DNA from: an uncultured Clostridia bacterium
GTDB taxonomy: Bacteria > Bacillota > Clostridia > TANB77 > CAG-465
NCBI GenBank assembly: GCA_947626975.1
Contig: CANQUF010000001.1
Location: 22,980 to 86,979 of the forward strand
Direction of reading: 5' to 3'
Length of the DNA stretch: 64,000 nt
Below the pieces are notes generated by a model, which was not told the origin of the DNA, searched no databases, and was given only the letters and a program-made list of their open reading frames with translations. Below, one piece after another: positions 48,859-58,410 of this stretch. Both the position numbers and the translations under genes were made by a program. The stretch's first letter is position 1. Each line of letters begins with the position of its first letter.

Positions 48859-48930
48859 AAGTTTGTAAATATTCAATATTATAATAATTATAATAATTAT
48901 ATTATTTAACTTTAGCTAAAGTAATATAAT

Positions 48931-49593
48931 TTATATATTATCAATTTGCCAATTTATTGGAGGTATTTTATTCTTTTTTAAAAACTGATTAGCAAGTATA
49001 AAATGTCCACATCCCTCAAATCCATAATGTACGGAAAAAGGGCTAGGGTGAGATGATGTTAAAACTAAATGTTTAGGATTAGTTATTAATTCTTGCTTCT
49101 TTTTAGCAAAATTTCCCCATAACATAAATACTACTGGTGTAGCTTTTTTATTTATTTCTTCTATTATTCTATCAGTAAATATTTCCCAACCAATACCTTG
49201 ATGTGAAGCTGGCTTATCTTTTTCAACTGTTAATACACTATTTAACATTAGTACACCTTGTTTTGCCCATTTTAAAAGATATCCATTATTTGGTATATAA
49301 CAATTAAGTTCTCTATTTAATTCTCTAAAAATATTTTGGAGAGATGGTGGAATTTTAATACCAGGATTTACTGAAAATGCCATTCCATGTGCCTCACCTT
49401 CACCATGATAAGGATCTTGACCTAGTATTACCACTCTTATATACTCATAAGGCGTATTTTCTAAAGCAAAAAATATATTTTCTTTAGGCGGAAATATAGT
49501 TTTTGTCATATATTCATTTTCTATAAATTTATGTAATTTAATATAATATTCTTTTTTAGATTCTTCTTTTAAAATTTCACTAAATCTTCCCAT
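48931..49593 (-). CDS. ung: uracil-DNA glycosylase
   Basis: GQDPYHGEGEAHGMAFSV (water-activating loop) and HPSPFS (HPSPLS-like) C-terminal motif. Confidence 0.85.
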   Translation of the reverse strand: MGRFSEILKEESKKEYYIKLHKFIENEYMTKTIFPPKENIFFALENTPYEYIRVVILGQDPYHGEGEAHGMAFSVNPGIKIPPSLQNIFRELNRELNCYIPNNGYLLKWAKQGVLMLNSVLTVEKDKPASHQGIGWEIFTDRIIEEINKKATPVVFMLWGNFAKKKQELITNPKHLVLTSSHPSPFSVHYGFEGCGHFILANQFLKKNKIPPINWQIDNI

Positions 49594-49607
49594 ATTTTAC
49601 CCCTAAT

Positions 49608-50294
49608 TTATATTGTAATATTCTTCATTTTTAATAATAATTTTATATACTTTTTGGTAGAATTTATATTAGTAGACTTACCATGACCTGGATAAATTGT
49701 AATATCACTAAACCTAAAAAATAATTTTTTTATAGAATCTACCATTTCATTAAAATTTGCGGTTGCTAAATCACATCTCCCATAACAATCATAAAATAAA
49801 GTATCTCCTGTAAATAAACTTTTACTAAGCTTTTCAAATATACAAATTCCACCACTAGTATGTCCTGGAGTATGTATTACTTCAAATTCAAGTCCTTTTA
49901 CACAAAAACTATATCCATCTTTTATTTTTATAATTTTACATTTACTTAAATCTTGTAAAGCAACACCCTGGATTTTACTATAATTTTCTACTTTTCCAAG
50001 TAACATATTATAATCATTTTCATGAACTATTATAGGGCATTTTGTATATTCATATATACTTTTAAGAGCTCCTATATGATCACCATGAGCATGAGTTATT
50101 ACAATATACTTTAAGTTTATATTAAGATTTTTTATTTTATTTATAATCTTATCTTCTTCAAAGCCTGGATCAATTAAAATTCCCTCTTTTTCTATATCAT
50201 CATAAATAATATATGAATTTGTTATATGTCCTCTATTTGCAACATTAACTTTTATATTTTCTATGCTAATCATTTTTCCTCCATCACTTTTCAC
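49608..50294 (-). CDS. MBL-fold metallo-hydrolase
   Basis: HxHxDH motif (ITHAHGDHIG) with downstream His/Asp ligands. It overlaps the relA stop by 11 nt, and the likely start is the internal MISIEN. Confidence 0.7.
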   Translation of the reverse strand: MKSDGGKMISIENIKVNVANRGHITNSYIIYDDIEKEGILIDPGFEEDKIINKIKNLNINLKYIVITHAHGDHIGALKSIYEYTKCPIIVHENDYNMLLGKVENYSKIQGVALQDLSKCKIIKIKDGYSFCVKGLEFEVIHTPGHTSGGICIFEKLSKSLFTGDTLFYDCYGRCDLATANFNEMVDSIKKLFFRFSDITIYPGHGKSTNINSTKKYIKLLLKMKNITI

Positions 50295-52434
50295 GTTTTA
50301 CTTCAAAAACACTATCTATTTTCTTTAAGTTTCTCATTATTTGTTGTAACTCAGTAAGATCAGATATACTAATTGTAAATTCCATTATATTTTCTTTATC
50401 TTGAGTTACTTTTGTATTCATACCTTCTATCTTAACTTTAAGTTCATTTAATTTAGATATTACATCTGTTAAAATACTTTTTCTATTATTTGCTTTTACT
50501 ATAATTTTTGTAGAAAATGAACTAACTTCACTTTTAGCCCAACATACATTAATTTTTCTAGAGCTATTTTTAAGCTTAGTTATATTATTACAGTTGATAT
50601 TGTGAATAGATACACCATTTGAATTTGTTATATATCCTATTATTTCATCTCCTGGAATTGGATTACAGCATTTTGCAAATTGTATTTTGCAATTAGGAAT
50701 ATTTTCAACATTTACTAAATTAAAATTTGATTCTTTTAATAATCCTTTATTTTTATTTGTATAACTATCAATTATATTAGGATTATATTTTTCATATATT
50801 TCTTTTAGCTTATTCATTATTTTAAGTATAGATATACTTCCAAATCCAATATTTTCATAACAATCTTCAATTGTACTAAAATTAAATTTTGATAACAGTT
50901 CATCCATATATTTTTCTTTAGTAAGTTCATCTTTTGATATTTTCTGTTTTCTTAAATATTTTTCAAAAATGTCCTTACCATGAGCTATATTAACTTCTTT
51001 TCCTTGTTTTTTTAAGAAACTAGATATTTTAGATTTAGCATTAGATGTTTTTACATATTTTAACCAATCTCTACTTGGTCCTTTAGAGGTTTTAGATGTA
51101 ATAATCTCTACTATATCAGTATTAGATAGTTTAGTATTAATTGGCACCATTTTAGAGTTTACTTTAGCACCTACCATTTGTTCTGCAATCTTTTGATGAA
51201 TTATATACGCAAAATCTATTGGAGTAGAACCTACTGGTAAAGATTTTATTTCTCCTTTTGGAGTAAATACATATATTTCTTCTCCAAATATTTCAGTTTT
51301 TAGGCTTTTTACATCATTATTTTCATTTGTATATTGATTATTTTCCAAAGCTTGTCTAAACCATATTAATTTTTCATCTAACTTACTTAGTTTATTAGTT
51401 TTTTCTTTATATGAAAAATGTGCTGCAATTCCTTCTTCTGCAACCTTATGCATATTCCAAGTTCTAATTTGAACTTCAAAAGGTCTTGCACTATCTCCAA
51501 ATACAGTAGTATGCAAAGATTGATACATATTTGTCTTTGGAACTGCTATATAGTCTTTAAAACGTCCGGGCATTGGTTTATACATATCGTGTATAATTCC
51601 AAGTACGTTATAACAGTCACGTACTGAATTTACAATTACTCTTATAGCAAACAAATCAAATAAATCATCTGCTCTACATCCTTTTTGTTTCATTTTTCTA
51701 TATATACTATAAAAATGTTTAGGTCTACCATAAATTGTAGATTCTATATTATTTTCTTTTAAAACTTTTGTTATTTCATCTATTCTTGCTTTTATATATG
51801 CTTCTCTTTCTGACTTTTTTTCATCAATTTGTCTTTTTATTTCTTGATATTCTTCTTTGTATAATATTCTAAATGAAATATCTTCAAGTTCTGCTTTTAA
51901 TTTAGACATACCAAGCCTATGTGCAATTGGTGCATAAATATCTAAACATTCTTTTGCCATTTCTTTTGATATTTTTTCATCATAGCTTTTTATATTTTGC
52001 ATATTATATAGCCTATCTGCAAGTTTTATAATTACTGTCCTTATATCTTTTGCAATAGCCATAAACATATTCCTTAAAGTATCTTTATCTACTTTATCTA
52101 CATGCCTAAAATTAAAATATGATAATTTTGAAATTGTATTTACCATATCTACTACTTCTTTAGAAGATATTTTACATAGTTCTTCTTCACTATATTCATC
52201 ATATTTTACAACTTCATGCAAAAGAGCAGCATAGACTGAGTCTGCATCAAGCTTTAATGTAGCAACATAATTTGCAACACCTAAAGCATGTTCTAATACA
52301 GGTTTCCCACTTATTCCTATATTATCTTTGTATATTAATTTAGCATATCTTACTACTTTTTCCAAATCTTCCTTATTATAACTTATATCATATTTTGCCA
52401 TAGTACTAGATATACTATCTATTATTTCATTCAT
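50284..52434 (-). CDS. relA: bifunctional (p)ppGpp synthetase/hydrolase
   Basis: HD hydrolase domain, synthetase motif RPKHFYSIYRKM, TGS and ACT C-terminal domains, 716 aa. Confidence 0.9.
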   Translation of the reverse strand: MNEIIDSISSTMAKYDISYNKEDLEKVVRYAKLIYKDNIGISGKPVLEHALGVANYVATLKLDADSVYAALLHEVVKYDEYSEEELCKISSKEVVDMVNTISKLSYFNFRHVDKVDKDTLRNMFMAIAKDIRTVIIKLADRLYNMQNIKSYDEKISKEMAKECLDIYAPIAHRLGMSKLKAELEDISFRILYKEEYQEIKRQIDEKKSEREAYIKARIDEITKVLKENNIESTIYGRPKHFYSIYRKMKQKGCRADDLFDLFAIRVIVNSVRDCYNVLGIIHDMYKPMPGRFKDYIAVPKTNMYQSLHTTVFGDSARPFEVQIRTWNMHKVAEEGIAAHFSYKEKTNKLSKLDEKLIWFRQALENNQYTNENNDVKSLKTEIFGEEIYVFTPKGEIKSLPVGSTPIDFAYIIHQKIAEQMVGAKVNSKMVPINTKLSNTDIVEIITSKTSKGPSRDWLKYVKTSNAKSKISSFLKKQGKEVNIAHGKDIFEKYLRKQKISKDELTKEKYMDELLSKFNFSTIEDCYENIGFGSISILKIMNKLKEIYEKYNPNIIDSYTNKNKGLLKESNFNLVNVENIPNCKIQFAKCCNPIPGDEIIGYITNSNGVSIHNINCNNITKLKNSSRKINVCWAKSEVSSFSTKIIVKANNRKSILTDVISKLNELKVKIEGMNTKVTQDKENIMEFTISISDLTELQQIMRNLKKIDSVFEVKREK

Positions 52435-52522
52435 ATATTTTACACCTCACATTAAAGTTATTAAGTTAAAATTCTAAACATACACATACTTATTTATAAC
52501 AGATGTCTATTAGTCCTTATAC

Positions 52523-54221
52523 TTAATTAATTGCTTTTTTAAAATCTTGAATTATAAGCTGTATAGTTTTTGGTGTATTATACGTATTAACATCAACATT
52601 ACATATTACATCTATTTTATCACCTATTTTTATTTCGTCTCTTCTATTTCCTTGTGAAAAAGCTAAAGCTTCTAATAAATATTTATCATCTCTTAAAGTT
52701 AACTTTAAATGTTTTTCATCTTTTATAGTTCTTATAGCTTGTACTCTAAGTGATTTATACAAAAATAAAGGTTCTTTGTTTGACTGACCATATGGCTTTA
52801 ACCTATGCAAATCTTTTAGAATTGATATATTTAAATTACGATAAGTAATAGCTAAATCTATATCTATTATCTGTTCCTGTAATCCTTTTAATTTATATGT
52901 AGATTCTCTTTCAAAAGCCTCTTTAAATTCTTCTATTTTATTTATATCAATACTAAGTCCGTGCTGCCAGTTCATGTCCTCCAAATTGCAATAGACAATC
53001 TTTACATTTTGTTAAAGTATCATATAACGAAAATCCTGGTTGGCATCTACCAGATCCACGTATTATTCCATTTTCTTTTGTTAGTAATATTACTGGTTTA
53101 TAATATATATTAACAAGTCTTGAAGCTACTATTCCAATTACACCATTATGCCAATTTTCATTATATAATACTATACTATTTTTTTTATCTATATTTTCTT
53201 TTACTATAATATTTGTAGCCTCATCAAATATGTTTTTTTCTACTTGTTGTCTTAAGGTATTTAACTTATCTAATTTTATAGCAAGATTATTTGCTTCTAT
53301 TTTATTATTTTCTAATAATAATTTTACTGCAACTTTTGCATTTCCCATTCTACCACATGCATTAATTCTTGGTGCCATTCCAAAGGATACCATAACACTA
53401 TCTATTTCTTTAAAATTCGTTATATCTAATAACGCTTTCAATCCAATATTTTTAGTATTTTTTAATTTTAATAATCCATACTTAGATATGATTCTGTTTT
53501 CATCTACTAATGGAACTATATCTGATATAGTTCCAATTGCTACAATATCTATATATTGTAAATAACTTTCCTTATCTAATTTAAATTCTTCTGCAAGAGC
53601 TTCAATACATTTAAAAGCTACTCCAACACCAGCCAACATTTTAAATTCATAATTATCATCTTTTTGTTTTGGATTAATAATTGAAATGGCATCTGGCAAT
53701 ATTTCAGAACATTCATGATGATCTGTAATACACATATCTAAACCTATTTTTTTTGCATAATTAGTTTCTTCCACAGCAGTTATTCCACAATCTACAGTAA
53801 TTACTAAACTTGCATTTTGTCTTTTTATTTCATCTAATGCTTTAATATTTATACCATAGCCTTCAACCAATCTATCTGGTAAATAGTACATTACATCTGC
53901 ACCTAAATTTGTTAAAAATTTATACATAATAGTTATACTAGTTATACCATCTACATCATAATCGCCATAGATACATATTTTTTCATTATTACTTATTGCA
54001 GTTTTTACTCTATTTACAAATTTTTTCATATCTTTCATTATATATGGATCTCTTAAGTCATCAATATTACCATTTAGAAAATTATCTATATCTTTAATAT
54101 CTCTTGATATAATTAATTTTGCTAATATTTCAGATATATTATACTTATTTTGAATATCTTTTACTTGATTTTCATCATAAACCTTTACATTCCATTTTTT
54201 TTGCATAATTTCTCCTAACAT
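52523..54221 (-). pseudogene. recJ: single-stranded-DNA-specific exonuclease RecJ, interrupted by a +1 frameshift
   Basis: The DHH domain (422-aa ORF) ends ...FGGHELAART*. The DHHA1/C-terminal continuation (...HGLSIDINKIEEF...) is in the next frame, overlapping by 32 nt. The expected GGHELAAGLSI reading requires deleting one nucleotide near 52959-52965 (gcagcaCgga). Confidence 0.7.
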
Positions 54222-54333
54222 AATTTAAACCTTACATGTACATTTTACTACAAATTGTAATAAAAATAAAGGAAAACTATAAAAAAAATAACTATATTAT
54301 AATTTTATATTTTAAATAATATTTATTTAAAAT

Positions 54334-54368
54334 AGTACCTGCATATACAAAAAGTATATACAAGTACT
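54334..54368 (-). terminator. rho-independent terminator downstream of the thrS / zinc-ribbon unit
   Basis: 15-bp stem (two G-U pairs on the minus strand), 5-nt loop and a U-rich tail. Confidence 0.5.
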
Positions 54369-54389
54369 TTTATTTAAATATAACTTAAA

Positions 54390-54773
54390 TTAATTTTTTT
54401 CAATACTTATAATTTTGGGCTCTGAAGCTAGTGCTCCCATACATAACTTAAAATTTACTTTTACATTTGGATATTTATCATTTAATTCAATATCATAAAA
54501 ATTGTTACCACTCCATAAATCAAAAGCAATTTTATGTTTTCCAATACTAACTGGTACTTTTGCTTGATTTCCAGATTTTACAGATGCTACTTCTTTACCA
54601 TCTACATATACTCTTATTGGTACTAACACTCCATAAAAACTACTTTCTCTTGCAAAAGTAATTGTTCCCTCTTTGACATTTAAATCACTATTATCATATT
54701 CAATTTTATTTCCACATTTTGTGCAAAATTTAGAATTACTTTCAAGTTTAAAACCACATTTAGTGCAATACAT
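54390..54773 (-). CDS. zinc-ribbon domain protein
   Basis: N-terminal CxxC-x10-CxxC (MYCTKCGFKLESNSKFCTKCG) followed by a beta-rich domain. Its start is 21 nt after the thrS stop. Confidence 0.5.
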   Translation of the reverse strand: MYCTKCGFKLESNSKFCTKCGNKIEYDNSDLNVKEGTITFARESSFYGVLVPIRVYVDGKEVASVKSGNQAKVPVSIGKHKIAFDLWSGNNFYDIELNDKYPNVKVNFKLCMGALASEPKIISIEKN

Positions 54774-54794
54774 AATATTTTCCTCCTTTTATCA

Positions 54795-56549
54795 TTATTT
54801 ATCAAGTTGACTAGTTATTTCATCTTTTAATTTATATATAAAATCAGAAATCGAAATGTTATCTGTTTTATTTCCATCTCTTGACCTTACTGATATCGTA
54901 TTATTTTCTAATTCATTTTTACCTATAACAATCATGTATGGCACTTTTTCAATTTGTGCCTCACGTATTTTATATCCTATTTTTTCATTTGAAGAATCTA
55001 TTTCTATTCTTATATTATTTTCTTCTAATTTTCTCTTTAAAGTATTTGCATAATCAATTTCATTTTCAGATATTGGAAGAATTTTTACTTGAGTTGGTGC
55101 AAGCCATAATGGAAATGCTCCAGCAAAATGTTCTGTTATAATTCCTATAAATCTTTCTATACTACCAAAAATAACTCTATGTAACATAACAGGTCTATGT
55201 TTTTCCCCATCTTCTCCAATATATGTTAAATCAAATCTCTCTGGCATTTGAAAGTCTAATTGTATTGTTCCACACTGCCAATCTCTTCCTAAACAATCTT
55301 TTATATGAAAATCTATTTTTGGGCCATAGAAAGCTCCATCACCTTCATTTAATTGATAATCTCTTCCTAAATCTTTTAATACCTTACCTAATGCTCCTTC
55401 AGCCATTTCCCATAATTCATCAGATCCCATTGAATCTTCAGGTCTTGTCGATAATTCGATTGTATACTCAAATCCAAATCTACTATATACTTCATCAACC
55501 AAATTTATTATACCTTTAATTTCATCTTCTATTTGACTTGGCAAACAAAATATGTGTGCATCATCTTGAGTAAAACATCTTACTCTAAATAGCCCATTTA
55601 ACTCACCTGATTTTTCATGTCTATGAACTAATCCAAGTTCTCCAGCTCTTATTGGTAATTCTTTGTATGAATGTAATTTTGATTTATATACAATCATTCC
55701 TCCTGGACAATTCATTGGTTTTACACCATAATCGACTTCATCAATCTTAGTTGTATACATATTATCTTTATAATGATCCCAATGTCCTGAACGATGCCAT
55801 AACTCTTCATTTAATAATATTGGAGTTTTAATTTCTACATATCCATGTTGTTTATGTATCTTCCTCCAATAATCTTCTAGTAAATTTCTAAGTACCATTC
55901 CTTTAGGTAAAAAGAATGGGAATCCCTGTCCTTCTGGTGCTAACATAAATAATTCTAACTGTTTACCTAATTTTTTATGATCTCTTTTTTTAGCCTCTTC
56001 TCTTTTTAGAATAAACTCATCAATTTCTTCTTGTGTCTTAAATGCTGTACCATATATTCTTGTAAGCATTTTATTTTTTTCGTTTCCTCTCCAATAGGCA
56101 CCAGTTGTTGATATAAGTTTAATTTTACCTACACCTTTTGTATATAACATATGAGGTCCTACACAAAGATCAGTAAATTCACCTTGTTTGAAAAATGTAA
56201 TCCTCTCATCGTCTTTTAAATCATTTATTAATTCTTCTTTATAATTTTCATTATTTTCCTTTGCCCACTTTATAGCATCTTTTTTTGATAATTCAAAAGT
56301 TTCAATTTTTAAATTTTCTTTTATTATTTTTTTCATTTCCTCTTCAATTTTTAAAAGATCTTCTTGCTTTATAGAAATATTATCAAAATCATAATAAAAT
56401 CCTGTGTCTATTGCAGGTCCTATTGCAAGTTTTGCATCTGGATATAATCTTTTTATAGCCTGTGCTAATATATGAGATGAAGTATGCCTTGCAATATTAA
56501 TATCATAATCTCCTTCAAATATTTCTCCCTTATTGTTTAAAAACTTCAT
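54795..56549 (-). CDS. thrS: threonine--tRNA ligase (short form lacking N-terminal TGS domain)
   Basis: Class-II aaRS motifs (FRVRCFTQDDAHIF, HRVIFGSIERFIGII) and a C-terminal anticodon-binding domain. The protein begins at the position equivalent to residue ~60 of canonical ThrRS. Confidence 0.9.
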   Translation of the reverse strand: MKFLNNKGEIFEGDYDINIARHTSSHILAQAIKRLYPDAKLAIGPAIDTGFYYDFDNISIKQEDLLKIEEEMKKIIKENLKIETFELSKKDAIKWAKENNENYKEELINDLKDDERITFFKQGEFTDLCVGPHMLYTKGVGKIKLISTTGAYWRGNEKNKMLTRIYGTAFKTQEEIDEFILKREEAKKRDHKKLGKQLELFMLAPEGQGFPFFLPKGMVLRNLLEDYWRKIHKQHGYVEIKTPILLNEELWHRSGHWDHYKDNMYTTKIDEVDYGVKPMNCPGGMIVYKSKLHSYKELPIRAGELGLVHRHEKSGELNGLFRVRCFTQDDAHIFCLPSQIEDEIKGIINLVDEVYSRFGFEYTIELSTRPEDSMGSDELWEMAEGALGKVLKDLGRDYQLNEGDGAFYGPKIDFHIKDCLGRDWQCGTIQLDFQMPERFDLTYIGEDGEKHRPVMLHRVIFGSIERFIGIITEHFAGAFPLWLAPTQVKILPISENEIDYANTLKRKLEENNIRIEIDSSNEKIGYKIREAQIEKVPYMIVIGKNELENNTISVRSRDGNKTDNISISDFIYKLKDEITSQLDK

Positions 56550-56554
56550 AAAAT

Positions 56555-56805
56555 CACTCCTTTTTTATATATAAAAATGTACCTCTATAGAAAGAGAATA
56601 CACTCTTACTATAGGGGTACAATATATATTTATTGCACGGTTCCACCCTATTTTTTTACTTCATTATGATTTTACGTAATCAACGATGGTTTCCCATTAA
56701 CTCAGGGGTAGTCTTCAGTAAATTCTTACTAAAGTTAGCTTACAGCCCATGACTAACTCTCTCTTTTAGCAGTGTATAAACTTACTCGTCCCTTCAACGT
56801 TATAT
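56555..56805 (-). promoter_or_regulatory. T-box riboswitch leader of thrS
   Basis: The T-box sequence AATAGGGTGGAACCGTGC lies on the minus strand (56635-56654), with an overlapping alternative terminator hairpin, a U-run, and an RBS GGAGTG before the ATG. Confidence 0.7.
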
Positions 56806-56810
56806 TATAT

Positions 56811-56839
56811 ATTATACTCCTAAAAACTCTATTTTGCAA
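56811..56839 (-). promoter_or_regulatory. sigma-A-type promoter for thrS leader (TTGCAA-N17-TATAAT)
   Basis: -35 TTGCAA at 56839-56834, a 17-nt spacer, and -10 TATAAT at 56816-56811 on the minus strand. Confidence 0.5.
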
Positions 56840-56945
56840 TACATATTTAAATTTTTTTAATTATACTATAAATCTTTATTTTATCTACAAAATATTGACT
56901 TTTACATATATTTCTTATATAATATTAAACATAAAAATATATTTT

Positions 56946-56963
56946 TAGTCTACACTAAGGCTA
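56946..56963 (+). promoter_or_regulatory. conserved palindromic element upstream of repeat-protein gene 1
   Basis: tagtct-acacta-aggcta (imperfect inverted repeat), conserved with 57757..57774. Confidence 0.3.
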
Positions 56964-57010
56964 AAGTTTTTTAATTATTTTTACTAAAATATTATAAAGG
57001 AGCGGTTAAT

Positions 57011-57574
57011 ATGTATACGTATATGAACCAGAAAAAGGAAATAATAAAACAAGAAAAGGAAATATCTGAACTTTTAAGTAATGTAAGTGACCAAAAATTG
57101 CTATACGATTTTACAAAAGATATTAATACATATTCGTCAAATATACGTGAAAAAGCACTACAAAAAATAACTGATGACAAATATCTATACAAACTAGCTG
57201 TTTTGACGCGTAATTTGTATTTAATGTTTCATTTAAATATAGTACATTATACTACAGGCTTTACTATGCATGAAATTGTTAAACAAATTACTAATAACAA
57301 ATATCTATACAAAATAGCTAAATCAAAGCTTGATACTTTACCTTTGATTGAACAAAACATATCTTTATATTTTATAGCAACTAATTTAAAAAATCAAAAG
57401 TATCTATCAAAATTTATTTGTATTAAAGATGTATCTCCAACAGAAGATTATTTCGATATAGCTCTAAATAAGATTACTGATATTTCTATTTTAAACAAAG
57501 CTTTATCTCATACACGTAATACAATAAAAAAACTGAAAATTAAAATAAGAATTAAAGAATTAAAACATACTTAA
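57011..57574 (+). CDS. small alpha-helical repeat protein (HEAT-like LYDFxK / KITDxxxLxKxA repeats), paralog 1
   Basis: Repeated KLLYDFTK / KITDDKYLYKLA / NNKYLYKIAK motifs. The C-terminal 60 aa are ~70% identical to paralog 2. RBS AAAGGAG. Confidence 0.5.
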   Translation: MYTYMNQKKEIIKQEKEISELLSNVSDQKLLYDFTKDINTYSSNIREKALQKITDDKYLYKLAVLTRNLYLMFHLNIVHYTTGFTMHEIVKQITNNKYLYKIAKSKLDTLPLIEQNISLYFIATNLKNQKYLSKFICIKDVSPTEDYFDIALNKITDISILNKALSHTRNTIKKLKIKIRIKELKHT

Positions 57575-57590
57575 AGTTATAATTTTTTAA

Positions 57591-57626
57591 AACTCTACGA
57601 ATTACAATTAATATTTCGTAGAGTTT
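57591..57626 (+). terminator. terminator-like hairpin (aactctacgaa / ttcgtagagtt)
   Basis: 11-bp stem with a 13-nt loop and a weak T-tract. The same hairpin follows paralog 2. Confidence 0.4.
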
Positions 57627-57756
57627 ATCGTATTTTATATTAAAATACATATAAATATAATTTAATAATTTTGTCGAATTTACATAATATTTTAAAAAAA
57701 CATTGACATTTAATTATTAATTTGGTACAATAAAAAAACATTTAAAAAGAATTTTA

Positions 57757-57774
57757 GTCTATATTAAGACTAAA
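57757..57774 (+). promoter_or_regulatory. conserved palindromic element upstream of repeat-protein gene 2
   Basis: tagtct-atatta-agacta (perfect 6-bp arms). Confidence 0.3.
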
Positions 57775-57812
57775 GGAATTTTTAATTAATAATTTTATTA
57801 AATATTAAAGGA

Positions 57813-58316
57813 GTGGCAAAAATGTCTATATCTAAAAAAGAACAAGAAATTTTACTAAGAGTTTTAATTGAAAAGGGGGATGAAAATTTATTGTATGATT
57901 TTGCAAAAAATCATACATACAATAAGACTTTAAGAAAATTAGCTATTTCTTATATCACTAATCCTAAATTACTTTATAATATGCTTATAAACAATCAATG
58001 CAAATTTTGCACAGAGTATATTGTTGAACGTATTTCTGATCAGAGATGTTTGTATAAATTAGCTAATAACATTTATCTTTATAACCCTATCATTGATGAA
58101 AAAACAGTATTACAATCTATAGCAAAAACATTAAAAGATGAAAAATACCTATCTAAATTTATATGTGTTCAATCTGTTTATCCAGAAAAAGATTATTTTG
58201 ATTTAGCATTGGGGAAAATTACTGACATTTCTCTTTTAAAAAAATGTCTATCTCATACATTTAATGTAACTAAACGTAAAAAAATAAAAAGAAGAATTAG
58301 AGAATTGAAGAATTAA
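57813..58316 (+). CDS. small alpha-helical repeat protein (HEAT-like), paralog 2
   Basis: NLLYDFAKNH, NPKLLYNML, CLYKLANN and KYLSKFICVQSVYPEKDYFDLALGKITDISLLKK motifs. RBS AAAGGAG. Confidence 0.5.
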   Translation: MAKMSISKKEQEILLRVLIEKGDENLLYDFAKNHTYNKTLRKLAISYITNPKLLYNMLINNQCKFCTEYIVERISDQRCLYKLANNIYLYNPIIDEKTVLQSIAKTLKDEKYLSKFICVQSVYPEKDYFDLALGKITDISLLKKCLSHTFNVTKRKKIKRRIRELKN

Positions 58317-58343
58317 CACATACTTAAAGTTATGATTATTTAG

Positions 58344-58386
58344 GGCTCTACGAATTATAATTAATATTTCGTAGAGTCTTTATTTT
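58344..58386. terminator. rho-independent terminator (bidirectional, between paralog 2 and GH3 gene)
   Basis: Stem ggctctacgaa/ttcgtagagtc followed by TTTATTTTT. Confidence 0.55.
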
Positions 58387-58410
58387 TAAAAATTTTTTAA
58401 CGTAAAACTT

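Noticed and set aside
52950-52990. Programmed ribosomal frameshift in recJ
   Set aside because: There is no slippery heptamer or stimulatory structure at the junction (gaactggcagcacggactta). A single-base indel, either a mutation or a sequencing error, explains it more simply.
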